DNA of 63,922 nucleotides, the filler included, from Chiloscyllium plagiosum (lineage: Eukaryota), in NCBI RefSeq assembly GCF_004010195.1. It is 4 parts of one record of this genome, joined end to end, with 100 filler letters (N's around TTAATTAATTAA, not from the genome) between each part and the next. Parts side by side here need not be neighbours in the genome. Positions count along the whole stretch, not along the records: positions 15,701 to 46,730 come from NC_057711.1; positions 46,831 to 57,831 come from NC_057711.1; 2 more parts are not named here. One strand, 5' to 3'. Under the pieces are notes generated by a model that made no database searches, was not told the origin of the DNA, and saw only the letters and a list, made by a program, of their open reading frames with translations. This document shows positions 38,466-50,659 of the stretch, piece by piece. A program made the translations under genes and the position numbers. Numbering within the stretch: position 1 is the stretch's first letter; each line of letters opens with the position of its first letter.

Positions 38466-41244
38466 CTGGGAAAAGCAGCAAGTCCAGCTCTGTGCAAAAA
38501 CAAGTTTAGGCAGCTGCAAAACTTAAAATTAGGTATTAAGGAGGGACAGAAACTGCGGTGAAAAGGAACCTATTGACAAACTTCAAACTTAAAATACATA
38601 TGAGAAGAGACAACAGGGATTTGGATAAAGAGTTTACTGACTAAGCAGGTGAGGTGGAAAATGATGAGGAATGGGTTTAAGGCCTGAAAGACAGTCAGTA
38701 ATCAGGTTTAGATAAGAAAATGAGTGATGGGTACGTGACCAAACTTTAGGGGATAGCAGCAATTAATGTCATCACCTGAGTCAAAAGAACAGTCACAAGG
38801 ACAGTTTTTCATTATTACTACTGTAGATCACAAAATCAGTGATGTGATTAAACGATCCCATTCAGCAAAAGACTAACATAAGTTTATCATAATCACAGTA
38901 GGAATGTGGGGAGGGCAACATATTCATCAGCAGATGTTTGATTGGGTAAAAGCTATATAAATACTGAAGATTGTGAGTGCCACTTTGGAGTTGTCTGAGG
39001 GAGCACTAGGTTGGTAAGTGTTACTCTGTTGAGGTTTTAGAACCTCTACTTAGACTAGAGCTTGGTGTCTTGTTAATCTGTAACTGCAATACTGTATTAA
39101 ATAGTGAATGTTTAAATAAATGTACTAAGCCTTTAATGGATTGCTTGTAAGAATTTTATTCCAGGCAATTGAACAATCTCAGGGAAAGAACCAGGGAAGG
39201 TTGAGTAGAGTCTGGTAGGGAGTTCTCCCTTACCCACAGAAGCTCTCGGAGGCTTCAACGTAAGCAATTGCACAGCATGGATCAGAACACATCCTGATAA
39301 GAGTGATCTAGGTTGGCCCACAACAAAACCCTAAAACAAAGCCAAGTGGTTACATTTTTCTTCAGAATCTTGGCTGGCAAGCTATTTTAGTTGTTGCCAG
39401 CATGCGAACTTGAGACAACAAAAGAGACAACACTATCTTACACCTGAATTGTGTAAGATAAGTCACAGGCCAGTATCCAGGAGAGCTCATACCTTGGCAA
39501 GCCAATCCACATTTTGTTTAGAACAGTTAAATTGGTTAGCAACATGAAAATCAGAAAAAAACAAGAAAAAAGTCTGGTTAAATAGTCATTCAGTTCTAAT
39601 GGAGGTTGATACCAGTGCAGCAAATCAGTGATTGCAGAACGGGTATTTCATAAAATTCACTCTAGATTTCAGCCCTTAACTTTCTGCAAGACCTCAGCTG
39701 GCTGAGACCCTATACTGGGGAACTTTTACACATTAATGGTACAACTTTAATCAAAAGCAGCTGGTTTAGTTCTAAGTGATTGTAATAAAAAACTCTAGCC
39801 CAAGCTGAACAGGACAAAATTAGGTGCGAGAGATTCACCTAGATTAGTTCAACATTTGTCTTTGAGAAAATGGCTGCCTGAAAATAAGTCATAATCAAAT
39901 ATCTGGAAGACTCTCAGGAAAGTCTACAGACTATCAGAGGAGTCAAGGCCACCTTGCATGTTGACCAGGAAGAAATTCAGTGATTCTGCAAGGTCCACCC
40001 AATGCCATTTGCCTTGTGCAAATGTAGAGGCAGAAATCAGAAGGCTGGAAAGTGAACGTATCATCAAATCAGCCCAAGTCGTGGAATGGGCAGCACCCCT
40101 CATATTAATTTTGAAGTCTGATGGGTCAATTCACCTTTGTGGGGATTTTAAATAAATGGTAAACTATTTCTCGCAGCTGGGTAAATACCAAATGCCTTGG
40201 ATGGAGGATTTATATGCAAAGGTGGCAGGGGAGCTGTCCTTCCTGAAGTTGGACATGAGTCATACTTGCTTACAATTGTGTTTAGATAGGATTTCCATGA
40301 GTATGCTACAATTAATACCTGTAAAGGCTTGTACCAATGTACAAGACTGCCATTTGGGGTATTGTCCAACTGTTCTATTTTTCAGCAGACGATGGAGAAC
40401 ACTTTTGCAAGGTCTACCCCAAATTGGCATTTACCTAGATGACATCCTGACAATGGGGGAAATGATTAAGAAGCACTTAGAGAACTTGGATGTAGTCCTA
40501 AGGTGATTTTCCAAGGCAGGCATATACCAAAGGTGGCAAAAATGTGTGTTCTAGGCCTCCAAGTGACCTTCTTGGGCTACAGAGTCAACAAGAATGGGTT
40601 ACACCCGTTGGAAGATAAAGTGAGAGCAATGAAAGGTGTCATGACTTCCACATTTGTCTAGAAGTTTAGGTCATTTCTTGGGCTGGTAAATTATTATGGA
40701 AAGTTCATAGATAACCCGGCACCTTTGCATCAACTCCCAAACAAGAGTTAGCCTTGGAAATGGTCTCATAGACAAGCCCTAGTTTTCAATGAAGTAAAAA
40801 AAAGCTACCATTCTCTAAGGTGTTGCACACTATGATCCGAAGAAAGATCTGGTATTGGCGTGTGATGCCTCTCTGTATGGCATTTGGGGTGGTATCAGTT
40901 CATAGGTGGCCCAACAGAGGAATGCCCAATAGCTTTTGTGCCCAGGACTTTGGCTAATGTAGAGGATAAATACACCCAGACTGGAGTCAGGAAGTTCCAT
41001 CAATACTTTCATGGTTAAAAAATCGTGATAATCACGGACCACAAATCCTTACTTGGTCAACTGAAAGAGGACAATGTAGTGCTGCCCATAGCTTCGAGTT
41101 ACATTCAGTGATGCGCTCTAATACTAAGTGCTTGTAATTTATAACTCCATCTTGGAGATTGAGTATTGAATGTGTACGCAATTATCCATCTCCCATTAGC
41201 AGATATACCACCGGCTGAAGAGCCTCTACTGACAGTAAATTATC

Positions 41245-41655
41245 TTTGAAGGTTGCCACTCAGGTGGATAGAGTTTGTAAGAAGGCCTATGGAGTATTAT
41301 CGTTCATTAGCAGAGGGATTGAATTCAAGAGTCGTGAAGTGATGTTGCAGCTGTACAGGACTTTGGTTAGACCACATTTGGAGTACTGTGTGCAGTTCTG
41401 GTCCCCTCACTTTAGGAAAGATGTGGAAGCTTTGGAAAGGGTGCAGAGGAGATTTATCAGGATGTTGCCTGGTATGGAGGGAAGTCTTATGAGGAAAGGC
41501 TGAAGGATTTGAGGCTGTTATCGTTAGAGAGAAGAAGGTTAAGAGGTGACTTAATAGAGACATACAAGATGATCCGAGAATTAGAGAGAGTGGACAGTGA
41601 GAGGTGGGCCGAAGGGCCTGTTCTGTGCTGTATTGTTCTATGTTCTATGTTCTAT
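41245..41655 (+). mobile_element. CR1 3' fragment inserted in Gypsy pol
   Basis: KVATQVDRVCKKAYG...LVRPHLEYCVQFWSPHFRKD; (TGTTCTA)n tail. Confidence 0.9.
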
Positions 41656-43119
41656 GTTCTATCTGGACACCTTCCAGTCGCAGCTAATGATATCAGACTT
41701 TGGACACAAAGATCTAGTTCTTTCCAAACTGAAACAACTTGTATTGATGGAGGAAACCAAAGAGCTGTCATAACTAGAATTAAAACCATTCTGGACCTGG
41801 GGAGATCAGTTCACAGTAGAAGACAGCATATAATGGGGAGCTACAGCAATTATCTTGAACAAAGGTTGCCACCAAATACGGGCTGAATTCTGGCGAGAAG
41901 TTATGTCTAGTGGCCAGGTTTGGACGCAAACATAAGCCACATTGATGGGGCTATGCCCAGAGTGTGAACAAGGACAAATATTACTGCCAACAGCTCCCCT
42001 ATGTCCGTGGGAATGGCTGGGTAAATCCTGGACTCTTGCATGTCATCTGTGCAGGTTCTTTCATGGGTTCAACATTTTTGATCATTGTAGACGCTCATTC
42101 AAATTGGTTGGACGTGCATAGGATTCTTTCATAAAACATTAGGACGACGGTTTTTAAAAAAACTAGGCACATCTTTTGCAACACAGTATCCTGGAAGTGT
42201 TGGTCGCAGATAATGGGCCATTGTTTACCAGCATAAATATGGATATTTCTTAAAGTTGAAAGGGATTTGACATATAAACACAGCTCCATACCATCTGTCA
42301 TCCAATGGTCTGGCAAAAATAGTACAAACTTTGAAAACTGGATTGAAGAAACAGTCTACCCTCTCACTAGATTTAGATTTGGTTTTATTGTCACGTGTAC
42401 CCAAGTACAGGGGGACAGGAGTACAGTGAAAAGTGTACAATGTCACTATTTCCAATGCCATTTTAGGTACAAAATCTTATGTATAAAAATAGAAAAATAA
42501 AGAAATTAAAAAGGTCAACACTTCTTCTTAGTATAAAGTAGAAAAACAAATAAATAGTTAAAAGTTAAACATTACAGTCCTTTCTTAAGCCATGGACTTG
42601 TAGACGCTCCACACTGGGTTTCCCAATGAAGTTTCATTCTCCCCTGTGCTGGGGTAAGTCCTGCCCATACTTAGTATCTGCTTTGCCACCGATTATAATT
42701 TGGATTCACATTGGGCCCCAGTCACCACCACGCTCTGTTGCTGTCCCACTTCCTCCACAACCAAGCTCTCTCCAGAAGTTAATTAAAATAAAATACTAAA
42801 AATCTAAAAAATGAAAAATATGAGAAAACCAAAACAAAAGCTAAAGGAAAGGATAAGACCCAGGCTCTAGAGCCCGGATGCACACTACTCTAACACCACC
42901 ATTTTGAAAAAGCTGGATACCAAGCTGCCACGCTGTTTGATTTTAGGACCATTGCACATACAACTTTAGGGATATCAATGGCAGAATTGCTTATGGGCAG
43001 AAGACTCTGCACCAGGTTAGGTCTGATCTTCCCAGACCCAGAGCGGGTAAGATGATTTGGCATCAGGAATCCTAATGCCGGGCCCAAGACTCCGAGTGAG
43101 ACAGTTTGATTCAGGGGAT

Positions 43120-43935
43120 GAAATTCAAACCGAAAATTGTTGAACTCAATATTGAGGCTCGAAGGCTGCAGAGTTCTCAAATGGAAAATGAGGTGTTGTT
43201 CTTCCAGCTTACACTGAGCTTCACTACAGCACTGTAGCAAACCCAAATCCCATGTTGGCCGGGGTGGTGTGTTGAAGTGGCAGGCAACTGGAAGTTGAGG
43301 ATAATTTTTGTTGACAGAATGTAGGTGTTCAGCAAGGCAAGTACCCAGTCTGCGCTTCATTTCCCCAATGTGGAGCAAACCACATTGTGAGCAGCAAATA
43401 CAGTGAAGTGCAGGTAAATCACTGCTTCACCTGGATGTTGTGTTTGGGGCCTTAGATAGTGAGGAGGGAGGAAATAAACAGGCAGGTATGGCACATACAA
43501 TTGTAGGGGAAAGAGTCATAGGACTGTGGGAAGTGGAGCAGGATTGAACTAGGCTGTCCCAGAAGGAACAGTCCCATGTGGAAGGCTGACAAGGGAGGGG
43601 AAGGGAATATGTGTCTGGTGTTGGCATTCTGCTGAAGGTTGGGGAAATGGCAGCTAATGATTCTATGTGTGTGGATACTGATAGAATGTGGTACGTGATG
43701 ACAAGGGGGAACCGGTCGCCTTTGTGGGAGGGGAGAGAGGTTGAGGGCCGAAATGTGGGAGATGGATCAGATGCAGCTGAGAGCCCTGTGAACCAAGGTG
43801 CTGGGGCCTCCTTAGTTGAGGAAGGAGGTAGACATTTTGGAGGCCCTCTTGTTGAAGTTGGCATTGTCAGAACGGATGTACCAGAGATGGAGGAACAGGA
43901 AGAATGGAATAGAATTTTTACAAGAAGCAGGGCAT
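43120..43935 (-). mobile_element. Penelope-like element (RT C-terminus, GIY-YIG)
   Basis: KNSIPFFLFLHL..I.SD; LHIGEMKRRLGTCLAEHL; LEEQHLIFHLRTLQP. Confidence 0.8.
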
Positions 43936-44344
43936 AAGCTTCCTGGAATGTTTGAGCACCAGATCAGGTTCCTCCGATTTGGCATCTGACACAGGCAACA
44001 TGTAACGCAGAGGAGCTTGCTTCTTACTCTCGGAGTTTCTTGGTAGAATTTCATAATCTTCTTCCTCTGTGCAAAGGTATCACGATGGCTCCTTTGATCT
44101 CTGATTCGGAGGACTTGACAACATTTGACGGAGAGGATGAATCCACATGTTCCAGCAGCATTTCATATGATTCAGAGGGACAGAGCACATTTTGCTTCTG
44201 CATCATTTGAGAATTTGTTGCATTCTTATGGTCCAGATGCTTACTCAGGACCATCGCACCAGTTGAACTTTATATGTCACTTATCCTGACCTTGCGTCGA
44301 CCATGCCTCTTACTCACATTGGGCCACTTCAGGGGACATCAAGG

Positions 44345-44720
44345 CCTTTATCCCAACTGCCGAACAACAGGCCTTGACATCACCTGGGCTACTACCACAC
44401 ATGATCCATTGTCTGCTACTTACAGTTACCAATAGCAGCTATTCATGCTCCAGGCTGACTTTTATCCCGTCCTTTGTATGTCCAACTGATTTTCTCTCTC
44501 TTTGGGGGTCTATCTCCATCTATTGGTTTACTCCTTCCCCTCCCTATCCTCTGCATAAATAGCAGCCATTTCCTAGCTACTATCAGTTCTGAAGAAGGAT
44601 CACTGTACCCAAATCATTAACTTTCCTTTCTTTCCACAGATACTGCCAGACTGGCTGAGTTTTACCAGCAATTTTTGATTTTGTTTCTGATTTCTACATT
44701 TGCAGTTCTTTCCATCTTTT
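44345..44720 (+). mobile_element. Penelope-like 3' UTR/pLTR (third family); related pieces at about 60740-60880 and 62940-63040
   Basis: gttCTGAAGAagg..tcactg..ccc degenerate hammerhead followed by ccacagat.ctgccagac.tgctgagt. Confidence 0.65.
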
Positions 44721-45023
44721 TTGGACCTCATAGAATGTGTTCCCTGATTTGACCACATTAACAGCCCCAATCGGGGAGCCTTGGCTGATATAAAAATGTT
44801 GTGTTTCAGAGATACTGACACTCTGCCCGATTCTGTATGAGGCAGTACTATAATCAAGGACTGTTCATGTATAAATAAAGCGTGACTTGGTGATGGGATA
44901 CCAGCCTCTTTGGAGGTATATCACTTTCCACAGATGTTGCCAGATCTGTTGAGCTTCCCTGTCATTTTCTGTTTTTGAACCAGATTATTAATTCCGCTCT
45001 GCTGAAATAACAGGACTGATAAT

Positions 45024-46730
45024 ATTTTCTTTTTTTTTAATAGATATTTTTATTAGAAATTAAACATTTTTACAAGTTTACAAAAATAAACAAAACTCTC
45101 AAGTACAAACATTGATATACAATTAAATCTTAAATATACAATAACCACAATTTAACAAAAGAAAAATACCGAGAAAGAAAAAAAAACAAAACTCAACTAA
45201 CTACTAATCTAACCTACAACTAACCTGAGTGTATATTTAAGTCTCTTCCATTATTCAAATAAGAGAAAGAGAAAAAAAAACAAAAAAACCAACAGATAAC
45301 ATAGAAATTGGGTAGTGAGATACATGCTCAGAATGTGTTAACAACAAATGTAGCAAAACCCGTATTCATGCGGGATTCCTCTCCCAAGGGGCCCAGGATC
45401 AGCCAGGTTCATAATCTCAATTAAATAAAAGCCCTTGTTAGGATAGCCGAAATATCTGTATTCATATAATTCAAGGGCTGCCATATTTTATAAAATAATT
45501 CGGTTTTTCGGTGCACCATATTTGTAAGGAAGTCAAGGGAAATACATTCCATAATTAATCTGTGCCAATTTGAAAGTCCAGGGGGGCCCTCAGCCACCCA
45601 GTTTACCAAAATATTTTTCCTTGCACAGAAAGAGAGAATAGAAAATAGTCTCTTCCCGTGCATATCTAGGGAGGGAAAGTTCGAAAAGCCCAAAAGGAGA
45701 GATACAGGGTCCACTTTAATTTCTGTTCCTAAAATTTCTGTCAGGGTACTTGCTACTTTAGTCCAGTATCTACGGATCTAATGACAGGTCCATAGGCAAT
45801 GTACAAGAGTGCCCATCTCTATTTTACATTTGGGACACAGTGGAGATGCTCCTGCCTTAAATTTTGCCAATCAATCCGGTGCTATATGGGCCCTATGAAG
45901 TATCTTCAGCTGGATAGCCTGAGTTCTGTTACAGATGGTGATTTTTCTGGCATTTTCCCAAATGTCAATCCACGTTTCTATAGAGATTTCTAGTCCCAAT
46001 TCCTGATCCCATGTTTTAAGCAGATTGTCCATATCTCCCGATACTTTATCATATAGTAAATGATAAATAGTACTGATGGAGGATACCCCAATTGGTCATA
46101 GTACTCTACATTCTCTATCTGATTTATAAAGACTATCTAATAATGTAGTCTTCTTCTGTATATAATCTCGAATTTGCAAGTATCGATAGAGGTCTCCATA
46201 GGTAATCCGAATTTCTGACACAGCTGTTCAAAAGACATCAGGACCCCATCTTTAAATAGGTCCCCTAGACATGAGATACCCCTGGATCTCCAGAGTTTAA
46301 AAGTGGCATCTGTAAGCCCCGGTTGGAATCCCCATGCTCCCACTATCAGTGCATAGGGGGATATTTTATGTGAATTGCCCTCATTTTGCCGCATTATTTT
46401 CCAAGCCTTAATTGTGTTTAGTATTATAGGGTTTTTACAGTGATCCATAATGATTTTCCTCTTGTCCAAAAATAAAAGGTTAATAAGTGGGTATTTTACT
46501 TGAGAGGCCTCGATGTCCAACCAGATTGATTGTGGATCAGACAAGACCCAATCAGCTATGTAACTTAATAGGGAACTTAACTGATATTTCCTAAAGTCTG
46601 GGAAGTCCAATCCACCCCTTGCCTGTGGAAGCTGTAGCTTCTTCAGCTAAATGAGGGGCCGTCTATGATTCCAGATAAAGGAACCCAACCAGCCATATAA
46701 TTTACGTAGTGCCAGCCTCGGCAGCATCAC
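45024..46730 (-). mobile_element. L1-clade LINE 3' portion (ORF2 C-terminus, CCHC knuckle, 3' UTR, poly-A)
   Basis: LPQARGGLDFPDFRKY; CPKCK...HCLWTC; IWQPLNYM; aataaaa + A-tail on the minus strand. Confidence 0.9.
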
Positions 46731-46830
46731 NNNNNNNNNNNNNNNNNNNNNNNNNNNNNNNNNNNNNNNNNNNNTTAATTAATTAANNNNNNNNNNNNNN
46801 NNNNNNNNNNNNNNNNNNNNNNNNNNNNNN
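46731..46830. other. Artificial contig linker 44N-TTAATTAATTAA-44N
   Basis: Same structure. L1 on the left and LTR-element pol on the right are unrelated. Confidence 0.95.
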
Positions 46831-47878
46831 GCATAATCGCAGTGAGTTACAGTGACTGGAGCTCATCCACAGTCATGGTGCCAAAGCCAGATGGTACCCA
46901 ACGGTTATGTGTGGACTATCGCAAAGTCAGCACCGTTACAGAGACAGATGCATATCCAAGTCCACGGTTGGAGGTCTGTGTCGAAAAGGTGGGACAAGTA
47001 ACTTACATTTCTAAGTTGGACTTGCTCAGAGGCTACTGACAAGTCCGTCTGTCAGAGAGAGCGAAGGCAATTTCAGCTTTCGGAACGCCACATGGACTAT
47101 ATCAGTTCAAAGTCATGCCATTTGGTAGGAAAAACGCTCCAGCCACATTTCAGAGACTGACTAATAAGATCATTGTGTGATTACCCAACTGTGTGGTATA
47201 TATTGATTACCTGGTGATTTTTAGTCACTCATGGAAGCAACATTTACAGCATTTATCGGACTGGTTTGATCGACTTTGGAAGGCAGGTTTGGTGGTAAAG
47301 CTAGATAGAAGTGAATTTGCCAAAGCCCAAGTCACCTTCCTGGGCCATGTTATTGGACATTGACAAATAGCTCCACAGGATGCCAAAACGAAAGTAATTG
47401 GGGAATTTTGATTTAAAAAAGCAGTACTATGGTTCCTGGGATTGAGTGGATTTTACCAAAGGTTTGTGCCGAACTTTAGCAGTGTGGCTGCTCCACTTAC
47501 CGAATTGTTAAAAAAGGGCAAGAAGTTTCAGTGGACAGCAGACTGTCAAGAGGCATTTGACAGCCTAAAGACTGTGTTAAACACTGCCCTAGTTTTAGCC
47601 ACACCGGATTACACGAAGCCTTTCAAGGTGGCCATCGATGTCAGTGATGTGGATGTCGGTGTGGTATTCCTGCAGGAGGATGACGAGGGAATAGAAATAT
47701 CCATCAGGTATCTTTCCAGGAAGTTGAACATTCATCGACAGAAATGTTCAACAGTAGATAGAGACTGTTTAGATGAAGCTTGTTGTTACAGCTGTTCAGT
47801 TTGACAATTGTACACGTGGCAGGTCGCAGAAACGTGATTGACGATACATTATCGAGACTCGAATGAGATACGGAGGCG

Positions 47879-48658
47879 AGTTTTGAGAAGATTTGTAGCT
47901 CAGGTTGAGGTTTTGGATGTAGGTGTGCTCACTGAGCTGCAAGGTTCATTTCCAGACGTTTTCTCACCCTACTAGGTATCACCTTCACTGGGTCTCAGGT
48001 GAAGCACTGCTGAAAAGTCCTTTCTATTTATATGTTTGGGTTTCTTTGGATTGGTGATGTTAATCTTGTGGTGATTTTAATTCCTGGGTGAAGTCACTTC
48101 TTGTTCCTTTTCTCAGGGGATGGTAGATGGGGTCTAACTCAATTTGTTTGTTGATTGTTCCAGTTGGAATGCCATGCTTCTAGGAATTCTCATGCATGTC
48201 TCTGTTTGGCTTGTCCTAGGATGGATGTGTTGTCCCAGTCAAAGTGGTGTCCTTCCTCATCTGTATGTAAGGATCCTAGTGAGAGAGGGTCATGTGTTTT
48301 TGTGACTAGTTGGTGTTCATGTATCCTGGTGGCTAGTTTTCTGCTTGTCCAATGTAGTGTTTGTTACAGTTCTTGCATGGTATTTTGTAAATGACATTAG
48401 GTTTGCTTGTTGTCTGTCACATATAAATAGATTAGATTCCCTACAGTGTGGTAACAGGCCCTTCGGCCCAACAAGTCCACACCGACCCTCCAAAGAGTAA
48501 CCCACCAAGACCCATTTCCTTCTGACTAATGCACCCAACACAATGGGCAATTTAGAAAGCAGGAATTTTCAGCAGTGAGGCCCACTGATGATGTTACCTA
48601 GTAGGCTGATGAAACATCAGGAAGTGAACCTTCCAGCTCAGCGAGCAAACTTACATCC
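47879..48658 (-). mobile_element. Penelope-like element (Poseidon type, fourth family) with GIY-YIG, inverted pLTRs and a 13-bp decayed TSD; HE1 fragment at about 48429-48556
   Basis: NVIYKIPCKNCNKHYIGQ...HEH...FDW...EFLEAWHS; TSD agatacggaggcg (47866-47878) / agatgcggaggtg (48659-48671). Confidence 0.85.
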
Positions 48659-49281
48659 AGATGCGGAGGTGTTCGGTGGTGGGTGTACCGCGGCCTGAAT
48701 TTGCATGTGGTTGTGAATGTTTGCATGGTTATAGTTAGTATAGTGTACATGTGTGTTTCGACTACTAACCGGGTTTTAAAGTGTTAAAAACGAAGCCATC
48801 TTTTGGTATTAATGGTTCATTTTTTTAAAGAGGGTGTGTCACAAAGCTAGTCCCTTTTTTTCTGAAAGCTGTCCCTTGGCTCAAGGAGACTCTGTCCTTG
48901 GTATTTTCTCAGAGGGATAATAAACCAGGCCGGGCTCCAATCAGTCTGGTTTCGGACAGAGATGAAAAGGATTTGGAGAGGCCTTTTGTTTATGTGTAAA
49001 CAGATGAGACTTCAGGCCAAAGTAGTCATGTTTTAGAAGTGATCTGTATAATGGAAGGGGAGTGGTCAACTCTCTAGCTGAGCTGAACTGAGCACTTTAG
49101 TTGAGTCTTGAACTGGGGAGTTCAACAGGGAGCTGTGTGGGAACACTCTCTCTTCCCTTCAACTTCAACCTGTATGTGTTCCATTTATATTGGGTTTTAA
49201 AGGGGATTTGCTTTTTGGGACTGTTATGTGTATTCGGAACAGCATCATTAAGTCTAGCTGGATAGACTGACTTCTGTAGGG

Positions 49282-49486
49282 CTGAAAATGTGTTGCTGGA
49301 GAAGCGCAGCAGGTCAGGCAGCATCCAGGGAACAGGAGAATCGACGTTTCGGGAATCCTGAAGAAGGGCTTATGCCCGAAACGTCGATTCTCCTGTTCCC
49401 TGGATGCTGCCTGACCTGCTGCGCTTCTCCAGCAACACATTTTCAGCTCTGATCTCCAGCATCTGCAGACCTCACTTTCTCCTCAA
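49282..49486. mobile_element. Young Penelope-derived hairpin mini element, 14-bp TSD
   Basis: TSD tgacttctgtaggg at 49268-49281 and 49487-49500; near-perfect inverted repeat of about 70 bp. Confidence 0.9.
49354..49389 (+). ncRNA. Minimal type I hammerhead ribozyme motif
   Basis: aatc-CTGAAGA-a-GGGC-ttat-GCCC-GAAAC-GTC-gatt; all core nucleotides and helices I and II intact. Confidence 0.78.
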
Positions 49487-49591
49487 TGACTTCTGTAGGG
49501 GTTCTTTATTCTATTCTATTCTTTGTGTTTCATTGTGTAGTTCTGTGAATAAATTTTTGTCTGTTTTTAAATCTCCTAGTCAACTTAGTTA

Positions 49592-49883
49592 GCGGCACGG
49601 TGACTCAGTGGTTAGCACTGCTGCCTCACATTGCCAGGGACCCGGGTCCGATTCCGGCCTTGGGCGACTATGTGTGGAGTTTGCACATTCTCCCTGTGTC
49701 TGCTTGGGTATCCTTCCACAATCCAAAGATGTGCAGGTCAGATGAATTGGTCATGCTAAATTGCCCATCGTGTTAGGTGCATTGATCAGGGGTAAATGTG
49801 GGGGAACAGTCTGGGTGGGTTGCTCTTCAGAGAGTCAGTGTGGATGTTAGGCCTGTTTCCACACTGTAGGGAATCTAATCTAA
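49592..49883 (+). mobile_element. HE1-type SINE
   Basis: A and B boxes, core, AATCT tail. Confidence 0.85.
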
Positions 49884-49991
49884 TTTATCTTACTCCGGGT
49901 ACTTTTCACTGTACACTTATTGAAACAAATTGTAAAGTTAGGCCTCGGGCTGCCTGCTTCAGAATGTTTTGAGTGATCTGGCCTAGTCCAT

Positions 49992-50495
49992 AACACCAGG
50001 TTATAGTCCAACAGTTAAAGGCCACACGACACCAGGTCATAGTCCAACAGTTAAAGGCCACACGACACCAGGTCATAGTCCAACAGTTTAGATTAGATTA
50101 GATTACTTACAGTGTGGAAACAGGCCCTTCGGCCCAACAAGTCCACACCGACCCGCAACCCACCCATACCCCTACATTTACCCCTTTACCTAACACTACG
50201 GGCAATTTAGCATGGCCAATTCACCTGACTTGCACATCTTTGGAGTGTGGGAGGAAACCGGAGCACCCGGAGGAAACCCACGCAGACACGGGGAGAACGT
50301 GCAAACTCCACACAGTCAGTCGCCTGAGGCGGGAATTGAACCCGGGTCTCTGGCGCTGGGAGGCAGCAGTGCTAACCACTGTGCCACCGTGCCGCCCACA
50401 CGACACCAGGTTATAGTCCAACAGTTAAAGGCCACATGACATCAGGTTATAGTTCAACAGTTAAATGTCACATGACACCAAGTTATAGTCCAACA
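49992..50495 (+). repeat. 36-bp minisatellite (about 6 units) derived from a Penelope-like terminus, split by a SINE
   Basis: Unit cacacgacaccaggt(c/t)atagtccaacagttaaaggc; the last unit runs into the family-2 element (to about 50660). Confidence 0.8.
50089..50397 (-). mobile_element. Full-length HE1-type SINE
   Basis: Near-identical to the 16943-17260 copy. Confidence 0.9.
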
Positions 50496-50659
50496 GGTTT
50501 ATTTGGAAGTACTAGCTTTCAGAGTGCTGCTCCTTTGTTTGGTAACTAGTTGGGCAGGATCATAGGACACAGAATTTACCGTAGAAGATCAAAGTGTCAT
50601 ACAAATGATGCGATGTATTGAACAAATGTACATTCACAGCAATCTAGGTTTGTTCAAAC

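Larger units (their letters stand above)
38052..44923 (+). mobile_element. Degraded Gypsy LTR retrotransposon (RT-RNase H-integrase order) with paired LTR remnants and nested insertions
   Basis: LTR 3' ends at about 38056-38123 and 44855-44923 align (caaggac.gttcatgt...aataaag.gtgacttggtga..ggataccagc); TGG PBS-like site follows the first. EWAAPL..LKSDGSIHLCGDFK, YLDD, LACDAS, integrase IVDAHS, DNGP and PYHLSSNGLA motifs. Confidence 0.88.
46831..49995 (+). mobile_element. Gmr1-like Gypsy element: RT-RNase H, stop, PPT and 3' LTR (about 48837-49995), with nested Penelope and SINE insertions
   Basis: [70 protein letters not shown] (stop 47864-47866); aaagagggtg then TGTCAC...ATAACA. Confidence 0.85.

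Noticed and set aside
49992..50495. 36-bp repeats resembling a CRISPR array
   Set aside because: Units are head-to-tail with no unique spacers, there are no cas genes, and the context is eukaryotic.
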